Source: an uncultured delta proteobacterium (GTDB lineage Bacteria > Desulfobacterota > Binatia > UBA9968). From it: DNA of 64,000 bases. Location of the stretch: assembly GCA_963760795.1 (NCBI GenBank), contig CAVXEP010000006.1, positions 1-64,000 on the forward strand, given 5' to 3'. A program made the position numbers and the translations under genes. This document shows positions 50,410 to 63,369 of the stretch, in pieces (within the stretch, counting starts at the first letter, position 1; each line of letters begins with the position of its first letter). The notes below the pieces were generated by a model, which was given only the letters and a program-made list of their open reading frames with translations, had not been told where the DNA came from and did not search any database.

Positions 50410-50686
50410 GAGAGTTCTCCACAGCCTGAATGGATGGTTCGTCTGACAAGCCGGCCGCTCCCTGTGGATAACTTCCGAATGAAAACCGGATGGTAGCCAT
50501 TGCGATTGCTCATCTTCGCAAAAAACCTGCCTATGTACAAGAATTTAACCGCGCCGGCGCGCGCTTAGCGGCAATTGCCGCAAGGTAATTGACATCAAAT
50601 CGCAGGCTCGGTAAAACTTCCAAAGGTCGTGCACGAATACCGGGAGAGCCACCGGTTCACGACAGGTTCCTCACAGATTATGCACA
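50396..50686. promoter_or_regulatory. Cluster of DnaA-box-like 9-mers plus a sigma70 promoter (50589-50617)
   Basis: TTATGCACA 50396, TTCTCCACA 50415, TGTGGATAA 50463, and TTCACGACA/TTCCTCACA/TTATGCACA at 50656/50667/50678; TTGACA-17-TAAAAC. Confidence 0.65.
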
Positions 50687-50690
50687 GCCC

Positions 50691-50966
50691 ATGAAGATCA
50701 AACCCGAACAGCTCGATCGCCTGGCGGGGCAGCTCGTCGCCAGCTATCGAAAAAAAGACTTGATCGTCAGTAAAGCTAGCGATGCCGAACTCAAGGCCAG
50801 AGTCGTCGAAGCGATCAACCGCAACTTCGCCGAAGAGGAAGCGATCGAGGAAGAAGCCCGTAAGATGTTGGCCAGTTTCGCCCAAGCCAGCAGAGACATG
50901 GACCCTTTCAAGATGTTCTTGCTCGCCAAACAGAAGCTCGCGGCCAAGAAAGGCTTCATCCTATGA
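50691..50966 (+). CDS. DUF507 family protein
   Basis: MKIKPEQLDRLA..EEEAIEEEARKML..MFLLAKQKLAAKKGFIL. Confidence 0.8.
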   Translation: MKIKPEQLDRLAGQLVASYRKKDLIVSKASDAELKARVVEAINRNFAEEEAIEEEARKMLASFAQASRDMDPFKMFLLAKQKLAAKKGFIL

Positions 50967-51237
50967 GCCGGCTGTCGGAGAGCCGCATTTCTCACTTAGC
51001 CCATCTCGTGCTCGAGAGCTTGAGCAAGGGCAAATTGGCCGAATTCCCTAGCGACGGCCGTTCCCTCACCGAGACCAAGCTTATTCTCCAGGAGTTTTTC
51101 CACTTTGAGGACCAAGTCGACGATGCGGTGCGCCAGAAGATCGCATCCCTGTCCCGGCTGTGCCACCCGGCAGCCGGGAATGGGATGTGCTGTACCGCAA
51201 GTACCATGAGGACGAGTCCCGTAAGCATCGCCGGTAG
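50963..51237 (+). CDS. DUF507 family protein, second copy, frameshift near 51160
   Basis: RLSESRISHLAH..DDAVRQKIASLSR / PPGSREWDVLYRKYHEDE; ATGA overlap. Confidence 0.8.
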
Positions 51238-51424
51238 CGTGCAACCCGCCGAACGCGCTTGATATCTATGAGAATTTTCCCAAACAAAACCTTGACATCG
51301 AAAGATTGATGCTTAGATTCACCCCGCTCTAGTTTGTCCTCGGCCCTGCGTCGGCGGCGCCAATTAGCAGCAAACTACTTTTAAATCAGTCAGTTAAATT
51401 CAACCGCTTGAAAGGAGGCGCGCA

Positions 51425-51715
51425 GTGAAAATAAGGCCTTTACAGGACCGGGTTATTGTCAAACGCATCGCCGAGGAGGAGAAAAGCAAGGGTGGTATCA
51501 TTATCCCCGACACGGCTAAAGAAAAGCCGCAGGAAGGGAAAGTGGTCGCCGTCGGCAAAGGTAAAGTGAACGACGACGGCAAGATTACCCCTCTCGATGT
51601 CAAAGTGAATGACCGTATCCTATTTGGAAAATACTCCGGCACGGAAATCAATGTTGACGGCGACGAGCATCTGATCATGCGCGAGGACGACATCCTCGGC
51701 GTTATCGAAAAATAA
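51425..51715 (+). CDS. groES: Co-chaperonin GroES
   Basis: [30 protein letters not shown]. Confidence 0.98.
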   Translation: MKIRPLQDRVIVKRIAEEEKSKGGIIIPDTAKEKPQEGKVVAVGKGKVNDDGKITPLDVKVNDRILFGKYSGTEINVDGDEHLIMREDDILGVIEK

Positions 51716-51719
51716 TTAA

Positions 51720-53411
<1,692 letters not shown>

Positions 53412-53430
53412 CTCTGGTTTGAATTAGCCC

Positions 53431-53481
53431 AAGCCCGTTGCGCGTGTCGGCTCCGATGCGCGTAACGGGCTTTTGTTTTTT
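53431..53481 (+). terminator. Intrinsic terminator after groEL
   Basis: aagcccgttgcgcgtgtcgg-ct-ccgatgcgcgtaacgggctt followed by a T-rich tract. Confidence 0.85.
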
Positions 53482-53565
53482 CTGCGAACTTGACTCCAGA
53501 AACGATTTTTATTACTTTGTTTTTGGTAATTCTCTTGAAAATATCGCATCTTAGCATCCCAATAC

Positions 53566-54906
53566 ATGTTCGAATCTTTAACCGATAAGCTTGAACTGAC
53601 CTTTAAGCGGCTGCGCGGTCAGGGCAAGATCACCGAAGATAATATCGATGACGCGCTGCGTGAAGTGCGTCTCGGCCTCTTGGAAGCGGACGTCCACCTC
53701 AAAGTGGTGCGCAGCTTTCTCGATGCCGTCAAAACCAAGGCGATGGGCCAGGAGGTGCTCCAGAGCCTCACGCCGGAGCAACAGTTCATCGGGGTGGTGC
53801 GCGATGAACTGGTTACGCTTCTGGGCGGCGATTACAGCGAGCTCGATCTCAAAGCGGCGCCGCCGGTGGTCATCATGTTGGTCGGTCTGCAAGGTTCCGG
53901 CAAAACTACAACGCTGGCCAAGCTGGCGCGCTATCTTAAGAACGAAAAAAAACGCACTCCCTATCTGGTGCCCGCGGATATCTACCGGCCGGCCGCCATC
54001 GAGCAATTAAAGATTCTCGGTAAAGAACTTGATTTGCCGGTGTACGATTCGAACCCCGAGACTTCGCCGGTGGCCATTTGCCGCCAAGCTCTCGATGAGG
54101 CAAAGAAAAAGTTCTGCGATGTGCTCTTGATCGACACCGCCGGCCGTTTGCATATCGACGAAGAGCTGATGCAGGAACTCAGCGCCATCAAGGACGCGGT
54201 AAAGCCGCATCAGATCCTGTTCGTCGCCGACTCCATGACCGGCCAAGACGCGGTCAATCAAGCCCTGGGTTTCGACGGCAAGCTAGGTGTAAGCGGCGTG
54301 ATTCTGACCAAGCTTGACGGCGACTCCCGCGGCGGCGCCGCGCTGTCGATCCGGCAAATGGTCGGCAAGCCGATACTGTTTTCCGGCGTCGGCGAAAAGC
54401 TCGATGCCCTTGAACCGTTCTATCCGGACCGCTTAGCCTCGCGTATTTTAGGCATGGGCGATGTGCTCTCGCTGATCGACAAGGTGCAGCAAAACGTCGA
54501 GCAGAAGGAAGCCGAAAAGCTCCAGCAAGCATTTCAGAAACAGCAGTTCACCCTCGAAGAGTTTCTCGTGCAGCTGCAGCAGATAAAAAGAATGGGCTCC
54601 ATGAACAGCCTGCTGGAAATGATTCCCGGCGGCAAAAAACTGGCATCGCAGGTAGACGGGGAGAAGGCCGAGAAAGAGCTCAAACGCGTCGAAGCGATCA
54701 TTCACTCGATGACGATTCAAGAGCGGCGCAACCCGGCGCTGCTCAACGGCAGCCGCAGGAAGCGCATCGCCAACGGCAGCGGCACCACGGTCACCGATAT
54801 CAATCGTTTGATGAAACAGTTTTTAGAGATGAAAAAAATGATGCAAAGGGTTAGCAAGCAGGGCGTCCGTTCGCTCCTGAGCCAAATGCCGAACCCTTTC
54901 CACTAA
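53566..54906 (+). CDS. ffh: Signal recognition particle protein
   Basis: [39 protein letters not shown] domain. Confidence 0.98.
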   Translation: MFESLTDKLELTFKRLRGQGKITEDNIDDALREVRLGLLEADVHLKVVRSFLDAVKTKAMGQEVLQSLTPEQQFIGVVRDELVTLLGGDYSELDLKAAPPVVIMLVGLQGSGKTTTLAKLARYLKNEKKRTPYLVPADIYRPAAIEQLKILGKELDLPVYDSNPETSPVAICRQALDEAKKKFCDVLLIDTAGRLHIDEELMQELSAIKDAVKPHQILFVADSMTGQDAVNQALGFDGKLGVSGVILTKLDGDSRGGAALSIRQMVGKPILFSGVGEKLDALEPFYPDRLASRILGMGDVLSLIDKVQQNVEQKEAEKLQQAFQKQQFTLEEFLVQLQQIKRMGSMNSLLEMIPGGKKLASQVDGEKAEKELKRVEAIIHSMTIQERRNPALLNGSRRKRIANGSGTTVTDINRLMKQFLEMKKMMQRVSKQGVRSLLSQMPNPFH

Positions 54907-54926
54907 CAGGAGAAGGAAGAAATCGC

Positions 54927-55172
54927 ATGAGTGTAAGCATTCGCATGAGCCGCCATGGCGCCAAGAAAAAGCCTTTTTACCGCATCGTCGTCAGCGACCA
55001 ACGTTTCGCCCGCGACGGCCGCTACATCGAGCAGGTCGGCACCTACGATCCCCGCGCCAAGACCGGCGGCGTGAAAATCGACCGCGAGAAGATCGCGGCG
55101 TGGATTAAAAAAGGCGCCAAGCCGAGCCAAACGGTTTCCGAACTGATCAAGAAAGAGCGCAAAGCGAGTTAA
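54927..55172 (+). CDS. rpsP: 30S ribosomal protein S16
   Basis: [30 protein letters not shown]. Confidence 0.97.
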   Translation: MSVSIRMSRHGAKKKPFYRIVVSDQRFARDGRYIEQVGTYDPRAKTGGVKIDREKIAAWIKKGAKPSQTVSELIKKERKAS

Positions 55173-55198
55173 GCTTTGCCGCGGAAAGAACCGCCTGC

Positions 55199-55435
55199 AT
55201 GAAGGAATTGGTTGAATACCTGGCGAAGTCATTGGTCAACGATCCCGCCGCCGTCGACGTCAAGGAGAGCGAGCGCGAGGACACCGCCGTCTTCGAGCTT
55301 AAAGTCGCCAAGGAAGACCTCGGCCGCGTGATCGGCCGGCAAGGGCGCACGGCCAAATCGATCCGCACCCTGCTCAACGCGGCCGCGTCTAAAACCAACC
55401 GCAAAGTCATTCTCGAAATCGTCGAAGAGAGTTAA
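55199..55435 (+). CDS. khpA: KH-domain RNA-binding protein KhpA
   Basis: DLGRVIGRQGRTAKSIR; located between rpsP and rimM. Confidence 0.93.
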   Translation: MKELVEYLAKSLVNDPAAVDVKESEREDTAVFELKVAKEDLGRVIGRQGRTAKSIRTLLNAAASKTNRKVILEIVEES

Positions 55436-55455
55436 TCCGCTCCCAGGCCGCGCCG

Positions 55456-55971
55456 ATGGCAGAACAACGAGTTCCCCTCGGTGACATCGCTACTACCCAT
55501 GGCCTCGACGGCTGGTTGAAGCTGAACGCCTTCAACACCGACACCGCCATCTTGGTTGCCGGACGCTCGGTCTATCTCGATCTCGGCGATAGCCAAGTAA
55601 ATTTAGAGTTAGCGGCGGATGCCAAACCGTTCAAGAAACAGTTCTTGATCAAGTTACGCGGCGTCGATGGCATCGACGCGGCACAGCGCTGGGTTGGCGC
55701 GACCCTGTCGGTGGCTGAGAATGCACTTGAACCACTCGAACCGGGACAATACTATCACTACCAAGTGATCGGCTTCGAAGTGTTTCACAAAGACGGCACG
55801 CGCATCGGTACCATCGCTTCACTGCTGTCGACCGCCGGGGGCGACATCCTGGTCGTCAAGGAAGCCGAAAAAGAATATTTAATTCCAGCGGTGAAAGAAA
55901 TTGTCGACAAGGTCGACTTCGACAGCCGCACAGTGATCGTCGATCCGCCGGAAGGCCTGCTCGATTTGTAG
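55456..55971 (+). CDS. rimM: Ribosome maturation factor RimM
   Basis: HGLDGWLK, YYHYQVIG, LIPAV, PEGLL; operon context. Confidence 0.94.
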   Translation: MAEQRVPLGDIATTHGLDGWLKLNAFNTDTAILVAGRSVYLDLGDSQVNLELAADAKPFKKQFLIKLRGVDGIDAAQRWVGATLSVAENALEPLEPGQYYHYQVIGFEVFHKDGTRIGTIASLLSTAGGDILVVKEAEKEYLIPAVKEIVDKVDFDSRTVIVDPPEGLLDL

Positions 55972-56003
55972 AGCCGAACTCGCCGCTTAAGTCTTGCAAG
56001 CCA

Positions 56004-57282
56004 ATGCTGACCTTTACCGTCATTACGATTTTCCCGCAGATGTTCGCTTCGACCCTGGGCCATAGCATCTTGAAGCGAGCCCAGGAAAAAAACCTGCTCA
56101 AGATCAATCTGGTCGACCTGCGCGATTACACTACCGACAAGCACAAAACCACCGACGACTCGCCCTACGGCGGCGGCCAAGGGATGGTGATGAAGCCCGA
56201 ACCGCTGGTGGCCGCCATTGAGGATGCGCGAGCGCGCAATCCCAAGGCCCGCGTCATTCTGCTGGCGCCCCAGGGGCGCGTCTTCAAACAGAGCGTAGCC
56301 CAGCGCATGGCCAGTGAAGATGAAATTGTCTTACTGTGCGGCCGCTACGAAGGCATCGACGAGCGGGTCAAGGCGTTTATCGACGAAGAGATTTCCGTCG
56401 GCGACTACACGCTCAGCGGCGGCGAACCGGCGGCCAACATCGTCATCGACGCCGTCGCGCGCCTGATACCGGGCGTCCTCGGCAACGAAAACTCGGCGGC
56501 AGATGAATCTTTCAGCGACGGCCTGCTCGAATACCCGCAATACACCCGTCCCGAAGAGTTTCGCGGCATGAAAGTCCCTGAGGTGCTGTTGTCGGGAGAC
56601 CATCAACGGGTCAAACAGTGGCGCCAGGAAAAAAGCCTTGAGATCACCCGGCAGCGGCGGCCCGACATGATGGCCGGGGCTGAACTAGCTCGCCCGGCAA
56701 GGACCGCCAAAGGGCACCGCCAAGCATCGATCTATCTCGCCCTGCTGCACTATCCGGTCTACGATAAGAACCACCAGGTCGTCACCACGGCGGTGACCAA
56801 CATGGATATCCACGATATCTGCCGCGCTGGAAAAACCTATGGCGTCCAAGCGTTTTATCTCGTCACGCCGGTCAAGCCGCTGCAAAAACTGGCGCTCAAA
56901 ATCATCGATCACTGGGAGCTAGGCTATGGCAGCCAGTACAACGTCACACGCAAGGATGCCCTGGCGCTGGCGCGGATAAGCGACAATCTTGACGATACGA
57001 TTATCGACATCGACAAAGAGACCGGTCAAAAGCCCTTGATTGTCGTAACTTCCGCTCGCGACACGAGGAACGCTGCGGACCTCTTTCGTCGCGCTGCAAG
57101 AAATGTTACAAACTAGGCCTCAGCCCTTTCTGGTCATTTTCGGCACAGGATGGGGCCTTACAGAGACAATAATCTCACAAGCGGATTACGTTTTAGAGGC
57201 GGTCGAGGGCGGCACCGACTACAACCACCTGTCGGTGCGTTCCGCCGCGGCGGTCATTTTGGACCGCCTTCTAGGTGAATAA
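56004..57282 (+). CDS. trmD: TrmD fused to a second SPOUT methyltransferase (DUF2168-like), frameshift near 57070
   Basis: DDSPYGGGQGMV, CGRYEGIDER, SGGE, LLEYPQYTRP; in frame with YLALLHYPV..TTAVTNMDIHDI; shifted tail FGTGWGL..YNHLSVRSAAAVILDRL. Confidence 0.93.
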
Positions 57283-57300
57283 TCTCGGATAGGAGCAGTC

Positions 57301-57645
57301 ATGAATATTATTGCGCAATTGGAAGCCCAACAGCTAAAAGCCGACGCCCCGGTCTTACGTCCCGGCGAAACCGTGCGTGTGCATGTCAAAGTCGTCGAAG
57401 GCGAAAAAGAGCGAACTCAGGTATTTGAAGGCGTCGTCATCGGCATGGCCGGCACCGGCAGCCGGGCCAACTTCACCGTACGAAAAATCTCCTACGGCGT
57501 CGGCGTCGAGCGTATTTTCCCGATCCATTCTCCGCGCATCGAAAAAGTCGAAGTGATGTCCCACGGCAAAGTCCGCCGCGCCAAACTTTATTATTTGCGG
57601 GAACTGTCCGGTAAGGCCGCTCGCCTCACCGAGCAAGATCGCTAA
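57301..57645 (+). CDS. rplS: 50S ribosomal protein L19
   Basis: [38 protein letters not shown]. Confidence 0.98.
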   Translation: MNIIAQLEAQQLKADAPVLRPGETVRVHVKVVEGEKERTQVFEGVVIGMAGTGSRANFTVRKISYGVGVERIFPIHSPRIEKVEVMSHGKVRRAKLYYLRELSGKAARLTEQDR

Positions 57646-57662
57646 CACCGACGGTAGCCCAA

Positions 57663-58031
57663 CTAGCTGCTGCCGAGAATATTTCCCGTCCCTTCGAACA
57701 CCGCATCGGGGTGAACCTTGAGTTCAGCGACCCGAGCTTCACCCTTGAAGTAACCGCCCTTTAAGATTTCGAAACAGCCCATCGCCTGCACCGAGCCGAT
57801 CAGTTTGCCCTCGAGGTGCACCTGGCGCGCCGACACATGGGCCTCGACCAGTGCGTTGGGGCCGATCACCAAAAGTTCCGAGGATTTTATTTCGCCGGTG
57901 AAGTGACCGTCGATCTTGACCGGCAGATTGTAACTCAGTTTCCCCGAGATCGACGAGTTGGCGAACAGCACCGTGCGCGGCGCCGTGCCTTGAATGAACG
58001 ATGGATTATCCTTGTTCGAAGCTTCCGCCAT
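57663..58031 (-). CDS. Bactofilin (polymer-forming cytoskeletal protein)
   Basis: ISGKL..VKIDGHFTGEI..LVIG..LEGKLIG..AVFEG beta-helix pattern. Confidence 0.85.
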   Translation of the reverse strand: MAEASNKDNPSFIQGTAPRTVLFANSSISGKLSYNLPVKIDGHFTGEIKSSELLVIGPNALVEAHVSARQVHLEGKLIGSVQAMGCFEILKGGYFKGEARVAELKVHPDAVFEGTGNILGSS

Positions 58032-58141
58032 GGCTGTTTTTCCCCGCTGTAGCGTGCAACATAGCACCGACTGACAGCGAGCGAAAGTCAATTCTCGGCA
58101 ACTACAATCCAACCGCGCAATTGTGCTAGCATGAACTGGCC

Positions 58142-59470
58142 ATGGACCTTTTTGACACGGTGCCAGCCAAAGGAAATCTCGCTTCACAACCGCTCGCCGA
58201 AGCGATGCGGCCGAACTCAATTGGCGAATTTGTCGGCCAGGAACATTTACTCGGTGCCGGCAAATTGTTACGCGGCTTGAGCGGCGCCGGCAGATTGCGT
58301 TCGTTGATCCTATGGGGTCCGCCGGGCAGCGGCAAAACCACCTTGGCGCAAATTCTCGCCAGCTCCGCCGGCGCCCACTGCGTGCATTTCTCCGCCGTGA
58401 CTTCGGGCGTCAAAGAGTTAAAAAAAATCATTCAGGATGCCGAACAGCTCCAGCGCCTGGGCAAACCGACGGTCTTGTTCGTCGACGAGATCCATCACTT
58501 CAACAAGTCGCAGCAGGATAATTTTCTCCCCCATGTCGAACGGGGCACGCTGATCCTGATCGGCGCGACGACAGAGAACCCATCCTTCGAAGTCATCGCT
58601 CCCCTGCTCTCGCGCTGCCAGGTGCTGGTGCTCAAAACTCTATCGCCGGAAAACATGGCGACGATCGTCGACCGCGCGCTCAGCGATAGCCAGCGCGGTC
58701 TCGGCAAAATGAAACTGACGCTCTCCGCCGAAGGACGCGATTTTATCATTCAGCAATCCCAGGGCGACTGCCGGGTGGCGCTCAACGGCTTGGAAAGCGC
58801 CGCGGCGTTGGCCCAAGCCAGCCGGCAAAGTGAAATCAGCCTGGTCCATCTTGCAAGAAGCGTTGCAAAAAAAACCGTTGCATTACGACAAAGCCGGCGA
58901 CGAGCACTACAATGTCATCTCGGCGTTTATCAAAAGCATGCGCGGCAGCGACCCCGACGCGGCGCTCTATTGGATGATGCGCATGTTGGAGGCCGGCGAA
59001 GAGCCGCTGTTCATCGCCCGGCGCATGGTGATCTTCGCCTCCGAAGACATCGGCAACGCCGATCCCCACGCCTTGCAAGTCGCCATCGCCGCCAAGGACG
59101 CCGTCCACTTCGTCGGTCTGCCGGAAGGCAAGATCCCCTTGGCTCAAGCGGTGACCTACCTCGCCAGCGCGCCCAAATCCAACGCGTCCTACAAAGCGAT
59201 GCTGGCGGCGGCCAAAGACGTCGAGACCCATGGCGCGTTGGCGGTACCCCTGCACCTGCGCAACGCCCCCACCGGTCTCATGAAAAACTTAGGTTACGGC
59301 AAAGACTATCAATACGCCCACAACTACCAGGAGCAGATCGTCGACCAGCAGCATCTGCCCGACGAGCTCGCCGGCAAGAGCTATTACACTCCCGGCGAAT
59401 CCGGCTACGAGAAACAAATCAAAGAAAGACTGAAATACTGGGCACGAGAAAAAAAGCGCAGAAGCGCTGA
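58142..59470 (+). CDS. rarA: Replication-associated recombination protein A, frameshifts near 58850 and at the 3' A-run
   Basis: PLAEAMRP, WGPPGSGKTT, FVDEIH, GATTENPSF, ISAFIKSMRGSDPD, ASEDIGNADP, VPLHLRNAPT. Confidence 0.95.
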   Translation: MDLFDTVPAKGNLASQPLAEAMRPNSIGEFVGQEHLLGAGKLLRGLSGAGRLRSLILWGPPGSGKTTLAQILASSAGAHCVHFSAVTSGVKELKKIIQDAEQLQRLGKPTVLFVDEIHHFNKSQQDNFLPHVERGTLILIGATTENPSFEVIAPLLSRCQVLVLKTLSPENMATIVDRALSDSQRGLGKMKLTLSAEGRDFIIQQSQGDCRVALNGLESAAALAQASRQSEISLVHLARSVAKKTVALRQSRRRALQCHLGVYQKHARQRPRRGALLDDAHVGGRRRAAVHRPAHGDLRLRRHRQRRSPRLASRHRRQGRRPLRRSAGRQDPLGSSGDLPRQRAQIQRVLQSDAGGGQRRRDPWRVGGTPAPAQRPHRSHEKLRLRQRLSIRPQLPGADRRPAASARRARRQELLHSRRIRLRETNQRKTEILGTRKKAQKR

Positions 59471-59519
59471 ACCGCGCTGCAACCTAGCGTGGCAAAACCG
59501 CAACCGTAGTGAAAAATGT

Positions 59520-59597
59520 TTTCACACGAAGCACACGAAGGTCCGATATTTAGTTTGCCGAAAACTTCGTGACCTTCGTGTCCTTCGTGGTGAGAAT
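59520..59597. repeat. Nonamer IR element between convergent genes
   Basis: ttcacacgaagcacacgaagg ... cttcgtgaccttcgtgtccttcgtggtgag. Confidence 0.75.
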
Positions 59598-59643
59598 GAA
59601 CTTTCCGCTCAAGCTGGCAATTCGCAAATAACTCCAGAACACC

Positions 59644-60483
59644 TCACAGCGCGATCGTTTCGATGCGTTGAACTTCGTCGGCGGAAAGCGTGATCCGTGC
59701 CGCGGCGAGGTCCTCTGACATATGTTGCGGGTTGGTCGTGCCGGTCAGTGGCAACATGCCGACCTCCAGCGCGAAGCGAAAAATCACCTGCGCCGGCCCG
59801 ACGCCCTCGCGCGCGGCAATGGCGTGTATTTCCGGTTCAGCGAGCACGTCGCGATTGGCGGTGAGCAACGAAAATCCTTGGTAAATTATTCCATGCTGCC
59901 GACAGATATCGCGAACCTCTTGGTCCCAGGCCGTCACCGCGAAGCAGCGATTTTGCACCATCATCGGTTTCACCTGAGCTTGCTGGCAGAGCAGGGTCAA
60001 TTGCGCCGCGGTGATGTTGCTGACACCGATGGTTTTGGTTTTGCCAGCTTCATAAAACGCTTCCATCGCCGCCCACACTTGCCAATCCGCCGCACCCAAC
60101 CCCCGGCGCGAAAACGGCGCGTGGAGCACGTAGGAATCCAGATAGTCGGTGTGCAAATGTTGCAGCGAGCTAGCGAATGACTGCTGCACCTGAGTGGTGA
60201 GATCGGCCGAGGCATCGTAAGGGGTTCGATGGTCTTGGCCGTCGACTGAAGTAAATTTGGTTTGCAAAAATAGCGCTTCACGCTTGACGCCTTTCGCCGC
60301 CAACGACTGCAACGCCTCCCCGACCAGCGCTTCCTGATAATGAATCAATTGATTCGCCGTATCGATCGCCGTGAATCCTGACTCCACCGCCAGTTGGACC
60401 AGTCGCGCCGTGGCCTCTTTCTTCCAAGCCGTGCCATACATGAACGACGGCACCGAAACCTGATTGTAAGTTGTCATCGTCAT
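59644..60483 (-). CDS. Aldo/keto reductase
   Basis: YGTAWK, IDTANQ..Y, FLQTKF, DYLDSYVLH, IGVSN. Confidence 0.92.
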   Translation of the reverse strand: MTMTTYNQVSVPSFMYGTAWKKEATARLVQLAVESGFTAIDTANQLIHYQEALVGEALQSLAAKGVKREALFLQTKFTSVDGQDHRTPYDASADLTTQVQQSFASSLQHLHTDYLDSYVLHAPFSRRGLGAADWQVWAAMEAFYEAGKTKTIGVSNITAAQLTLLCQQAQVKPMMVQNRCFAVTAWDQEVRDICRQHGIIYQGFSLLTANRDVLAEPEIHAIAAREGVGPAQVIFRFALEVGMLPLTGTTNPQHMSEDLAAARITLSADEVQRIETIAL

Positions 60484-60624
60484 TACTCATTCTCCTCGCC
60501 AGACCTTGGCAATTTCACTGTGACATCGCAAGGGCGCAGACCACCGCGGATGCGGTAAACCCGACCAATGTCTTTCGTTTTGCGTTCTTTGCGGCCAAAC
60601 TTCCGATTCCTACAGAAGCGCCAC

Positions 60625-63162
60625 TCAGCGCCATTCATGCTTTGGATACCGGCGCTGCAGTTGCTGTTTGAGTTTCGGATAAGTCTCGCGCCAGAAGACC
60701 GTCAGATTTTCGGTCACCTGCACCGGCCGGTTACTCGGCGCCAGCACTTGAATGCGCACCGGGACGCGCCGGTTGGCGATCCAAATGCCATCTTTGATGT
60801 CGTACAGATCCTGAATGCGCGCCGACAGCGTCGGCGGCGCCATCGGCTGAATACACCACCTTGGCATGGCGGCCGCGCGGCAGCGGGATGCGCTCCGGCG
60901 CGTACTCGTCGATCCATCTTTGTTGCTGCTGCGACAGCCATGATTTTACCACTGGCAACACGGCGCGATCCTTGATCTGCGCATAGCTGAATGCCCCATG
61001 GCAAATATGCTCGACGATGGCGCCGCGATCCTCGGCACCGATTGCCGGCAATGCCAATTCCGCCATCCATTCACGCAGGCGGTTAACCCGCAAAATCCAC
61101 TGCTCGACCGCATCGTTCCAGTTCTCCAGCACGCATCGACCCGGCGGCGACTTCGCGCGCCAGGATCGATGCCGCTTCATCCAAAGGCGGATTGTCGGTG
61201 AGACTCTCTTCGAGAATCAGATCGCGAAAGCGTCGCTCGACCCGAGCGACCACGCGGCGCAATGCCGGATCGTAGGTAACCGTCCGTTCTTCTTGGAAGT
61301 CCCGCGGAAACAGCTCGCGCAACCACTCCTCTTTCACTGCCGTGGCGAGATTGAGCATGACGTTTAAGTTACGATCGCGGCCGCCGCTGCTCTCCACCTC
61401 GCGCACTTCGGACACGACAAACAACGACGCATCGCGCACCACGCTTTCACGCGCCAACAGGCCGCGCCGGCCATGGACCAAATCGCAGCGCAGCGATTTG
61501 TCATCTAGGCGTCGCGCCAGCTGATCGGAAAAACCCAAGAGAATGCAGCGCTGCACCGCCGCGTTGTCGACGGGTTTTTCACCAATATCCAACCCTTCAT
61601 CGCCGGCGATGCGCAGGAACTGTTCGAACAACGGCCCGACCTGGCGCGCCGCCTGCGCGTGAATGCCCATGCGCCGGCAGCGCTCGGTGTTGATAGCCGT
61701 TGCCCTCGGCGTAGCGCCAGGCGCGCAGCAGAACGAAAAAATCCGACCCTTTCTCATCGTCGAATAGCTCGCCGCGCCCGTCATCGTTTGACTTGCCGGG
61801 TTGCCGTATCAGCAAGTCGCGTCCCTGGGTCAGCGCCGCGATCGCCGCCACCGGCCGCACGCAGCCATATTGCTGTGCCGCCAAGAGCATGCGCGCGTAA
61901 CGTGGATGGGCCGGGAATGCCAGCATGCGCTGGCCAAGCTCGGTGATCGCGCCGGCGCTATTATCGATTGCTCCCAGATCCGCCAATAAAGACTCGGCTC
62001 GCGCCAAGGCGCGCGCTTCAGGCGCTTCCAACCAGCGAAAGTTTTTCACGTCGACAACGCCGCTCGCCTTGAGCGTGAGAATGACCTCCGAGAGATCCAA
62101 ACGTTTGACCTCGGCGAGTTCCTGGAACGGTCGCGCCTCTTGCTCATGGGACGTCCACAAGCGCAGACAATGACCGGGCGCGGTACGACCGGCACGACCG
62201 GTTCTTTGATCGGCCGCGGCACGGCTAATTTTGTCGATGAGCAAAGTATTGATACCGCGATAGGGATCGAAGCGCGGAATCCGTGCCAAGCCGCTGTCGA
62301 CCACCAGACGCACACCGTCGATGGTGAGAGAAGTTTCAGCGACGTTGGTGGCGACGACGATCTTGCGCCGCTCATAACGCGCCACCGCCGCATCCTGATC
62401 GTTAGGCGCCAGCTCGCCATGCAGCGGAAAGACGACAAACTGTTCGCCGAGCTTGTCGCGCGCCGCTTGTACCGTGCGGGCAATTTCGTAACCTCCTGGC
62501 ATAAATATCAACATGTCGCCTTCGGCATGCTCGCGCACCAACCGTTGCGCCTCGCGGATCGCGATGTCCCACACCGGCCCGTCGCCGAACGGCTGTTTCA
62601 GATATTCGATAGCCACCGGAAAGGTCCGCCCTTCGGAGGCTAGAATCGTGCAGGGTTGCAGGTACTTTTCCACCACGCCGACATCCAAGGTCGCCGACAT
62701 GACGATGATCATTAGATCGGGCCGCGCGGTTTCCTGGATTTGCAGCGCCCGCGCCAGGGAAATGTCACCATAGAGATGGCGCTCGTGGAATTCGTCGAAG
62801 ATCAGCGCACTGACGCCTTTCAGTTGGGGATCGGCCAGCATCTGGCGCAAGAGAATCCCCTCAGTAACGTAGCAGATCCGCGTGGCCACCGAGGCGACAT
62901 TGTCCAGGCGCATTCGATAACCCACTTCACCGCCGAGCTTAACGCCGCGCGCCTGCGCCACCCAGGAGGCCAACAGGCGGGTCGCCAAGCGGCGCGGCTG
63001 CAACACCGTCACCTGGCCGGCGCCGAGCAAACCGCCGTCGAGGAGCATCTGCGGCACCTGCGTCGACTTGCCCGAACCGGTGGGCGCGGTCAGCACCAGC
63101 CGTTTCTGCGTCGCCAGAGTATCGCGCAGCCGTTGTTCGATCTCGAAGATCGGTAAATCCAC
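60625..63162 (-). CDS. hrpB: ATP-dependent RNA helicase HrpB, several frameshifts
   Basis: APTGSGKST, QPRRLA, FDEFHER, MSAT, ATNVAETSLTI, QRTGRAGR, HPR; tail LAPSNRPVQVT..FW..YPKHEW. Confidence 0.94.
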
Positions 63163-63369
63163 ACTTGCGCATAAATCAGCAAAACTTTAACATAATTGAA
63201 GAACGATTGCGGTCCAAGCCACCCACCAGAAGCGAATTTCTCTGGCGCCGTTTGTATAAGACGGAATATTACGGCAAGGAATAGTGTCGAGTGCGTAAAA
63301 GCTGGCGTAACGTCATATCGCGGCCAATGCCCGCGAGCCAAACCTATGAAGAGAATCTCATCCTAACCC

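Noticed and set aside
51260-51424. CIRCE element upstream of groES
   Set aside because: No TTAGCACTC-N9-GAGTGCTAA dyad; only a TTGACA-type promoter is seen.
53533-53563. Sigma32-like promoter before ffh (CTTGAAA..CCCAAT)
   Set aside because: The spacer is 16-17 bp rather than 13-14 and the element abuts the start codon.
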